DNA of 32,000 nucleotides from Candidatus Micrarchaeum sp. (GTDB lineage Archaea; Micrarchaeota; Micrarchaeia; Micrarchaeales; Micrarchaeaceae): NCBI RefSeq assembly GCF_016806735.1, contig NZ_CP060530.1, positions 930,001 to 962,000 of the forward strand, read 5' to 3'. Shown piece by piece: positions 30,798 to 32,000 of this stretch (position 1 is its first letter; each line of letters starts with the position of its first letter). The notes under the pieces were generated by a model. It saw only the letters and a program-made list of their open reading frames with translations, ran no database searches and was not told where the DNA came from. The position numbers and the translations under genes were made by a program.

Positions 30798-31373
30798 TTA
30801 GAGCTTCTTAGCTACTTTAGAGACTTCCTTGATTCTTTCCTTTATTGTGTCGCAAGCCTTATTAATGATTTCTTTGGGTGGCATTTGGCCAAATGATTCA
30901 ATATAAAAGTTGAACGAGTCGTCGCCAGTCGGTTCTACGGCCACTAGCCCTGGCTGAAACTTGGCATGCTTTACTGCAGTCCCCATTCTGGCTTTGCCCT
31001 CGATCCTGATGCGCTGGCCGGTTCCGAGCTTTATTATCGGGATTCCTTCAGATGCAACTCTGACCTCTTTGTCTGTGCTCTGGAGATCCTTCGAATAAAC
31101 GGTTATCGGGCCTGTTGCTTCTGCAGTAAAAAGGATCTCGTCTTCATCCTTGTATCCAGAAGAGGGAGTGATTATTGGCACCAGGCCTATCCTGTGCGCA
31201 ATGTATTCATCGAACATAGGGCTTGTATTTTCGTAGAACGTAACCGAGTCTATGGCAAAAGTCTTCACTGAGTTTATTGCGGCCCTCCTGAGCACGTTTG
31301 CATTGCTCTCCGTTATGCCGCTAATGCTGAACCTGAAAGCCTTTTCGTTGTTCTCCTGAACCTTTATATTCAT
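30798..31373 (-). CDS. rpoD: RNA polymerase subunit D (Rpo3), short form without Fe-S domain
   Basis: FRFSISGITESNANVLRRAAINSVKTFAIDSVTFYENTSPMFDEYIAHRIGLVPI is a typical Rpo3 dimerisation domain. 191 aa from ATG 31373; the track starts at TTG 31385. Confidence 0.85.
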   Translation of the reverse strand: MNIKVQENNEKAFRFSISGITESNANVLRRAAINSVKTFAIDSVTFYENTSPMFDEYIAHRIGLVPIITPSSGYKDEDEILFTAEATGPITVYSKDLQSTDKEVRVASEGIPIIKLGTGQRIRIEGKARMGTAVKHAKFQPGLVAVEPTGDDSFNFYIESFGQMPPKEIINKACDTIKERIKEVSKVAKKL

Positions 31374-31595
31374 ATAGTCACGCAATTTTTAGACAATGAG
31401 CATTAAAAATACGCATTAGCTCAAGCGCAAAGCCACAAATGGCCTGTGAATAGTTATTACATACGAATATTTATAAATTTTCATTGGCGCACAGCAGAGC
31501 TGTTATTTGGAAACCAAGTCAAACCCGGCAGGGCAAAGGATAAAAGGGTTTGATACCGAATAGCTACAGGTTCAAATTGCAATGGCGCATGTTTT

Positions 31596-32000
31596 ATGGG
31601 AGAGGCTAGGCAGAAAGAGGCATACCGCATGACAACAGCGAACGGCACAATACCTGTGGCATTTTCGGAAATCCTTGGAAAGCTGCTCAAAGAGCAGGGC
31701 AGCAAAGCGAAGGTAGACCTTTCTTACAGGGAAAGGAGGCATATATCCAAGGTCAAGATGGACCAATACGAGGACGTAAAATATGTAAAGGTGGGCTCCA
31801 ATGGAGAAACGGACTTCAAGGTGCCATTCAGCGAGAGGTACATAGCCGCTTTGGACATAACTTATTCGCTCATTGCCAGCCTTTACGACGTGAATTCTTC
31901 AAGGCTTGTCGCATTCAACGTGTTCGAGAATCCTGAAGCCTGCATAAAGGGCTTTTCTGCTTTCATCAGTAAAGCTAAAAGGGGAAACATTGAGGCCAGG
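31596..32000 (+). CDS. partial CDS of unknown function (runs off window end)
   Basis: Not in the ORF track because it is open-ended. The frame is open from 31554 to 32000. Candidate starts are ATG 31596 or 31629 (MTTANGTIPVAFSEILGKLLKEQG...VPFSERYIAALDITYSLIASLYD...). I recognise no family. Confidence 0.45.
   Translation, partial: MGEARQKEAYRMTTANGTIPVAFSEILGKLLKEQGSKAKVDLSYRERRHISKVKMDQYEDVKYVKVGSNGETDFKVPFSERYIAALDITYSLIASLYDVNSSRLVAFNVFENPEACIKGFSAFISKAKRGNIEAR

Overview
Archaeal chromosomal segment, roughly mid-40s % GC by eye, tightly packed with many 4-nt ATGA/GTGA start-stop overlaps and TATA-like elements about 25-30 nt upstream of start codons. Archaeal identity rests on aIF6, S19e/L39e/L31e/LX, RpoD/N/K, prefoldin alpha, deoxyhypusine synthase and two intron-containing tRNAs. 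The gene content and the non-canonical tRNA intron would fit a small-genome (DPANN/Micrarchaeota-like) or Thermoplasmata-like lineage, but I cannot assign taxonomy from sequence alone. Two conserved information-processing clusters are present: S19e-PDCD5-L39e-L31e-aIF6-LX-PfdA-FtsY at 11.5-15.4 kb, and rpoD-tRNA-Leu-L18e-L13-S9-rpoN-(rpoK)-S2 at 28.3-31.4 kb. Housekeeping genes fill the rest: MFS, HPP, SOD, FtsZ, DHS, UMP kinase, a beta-CASP RNase, ADP-forming acetyl-CoA synthetase, an aminotransferase, RNase HII and a UbiA prenyltransferase. Between them lies an ~8.6 kb AT-richer accessory island (18.86-27.28 kb) that encodes only predicted surface proteins plus an intron-containing tRNA-Arg. 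The island is built around two paralogous genes with a type IV pilin-like signal. These share a near-identical ~865-bp 5' module including the promoter, continue into Thr/Ser stalks, and end in unrelated C-terminal heads. One head is a Cys/Gly-rich unknown domain; the other is a PA14-like domain plus two tandem degenerate Hint-like modules. The second copy is frameshifted exactly at a C-CCA-AAG slippery heptamer. Other points of note are a 29-nt intron in the T-loop of tRNA-Arg(TCG), two housekeeping genes (pyrH, rnhB) whose conserved N-termini lack an in-frame canonical start, a divergent candidate rpoK, and a type IV-filament ATPase with no platform gene.
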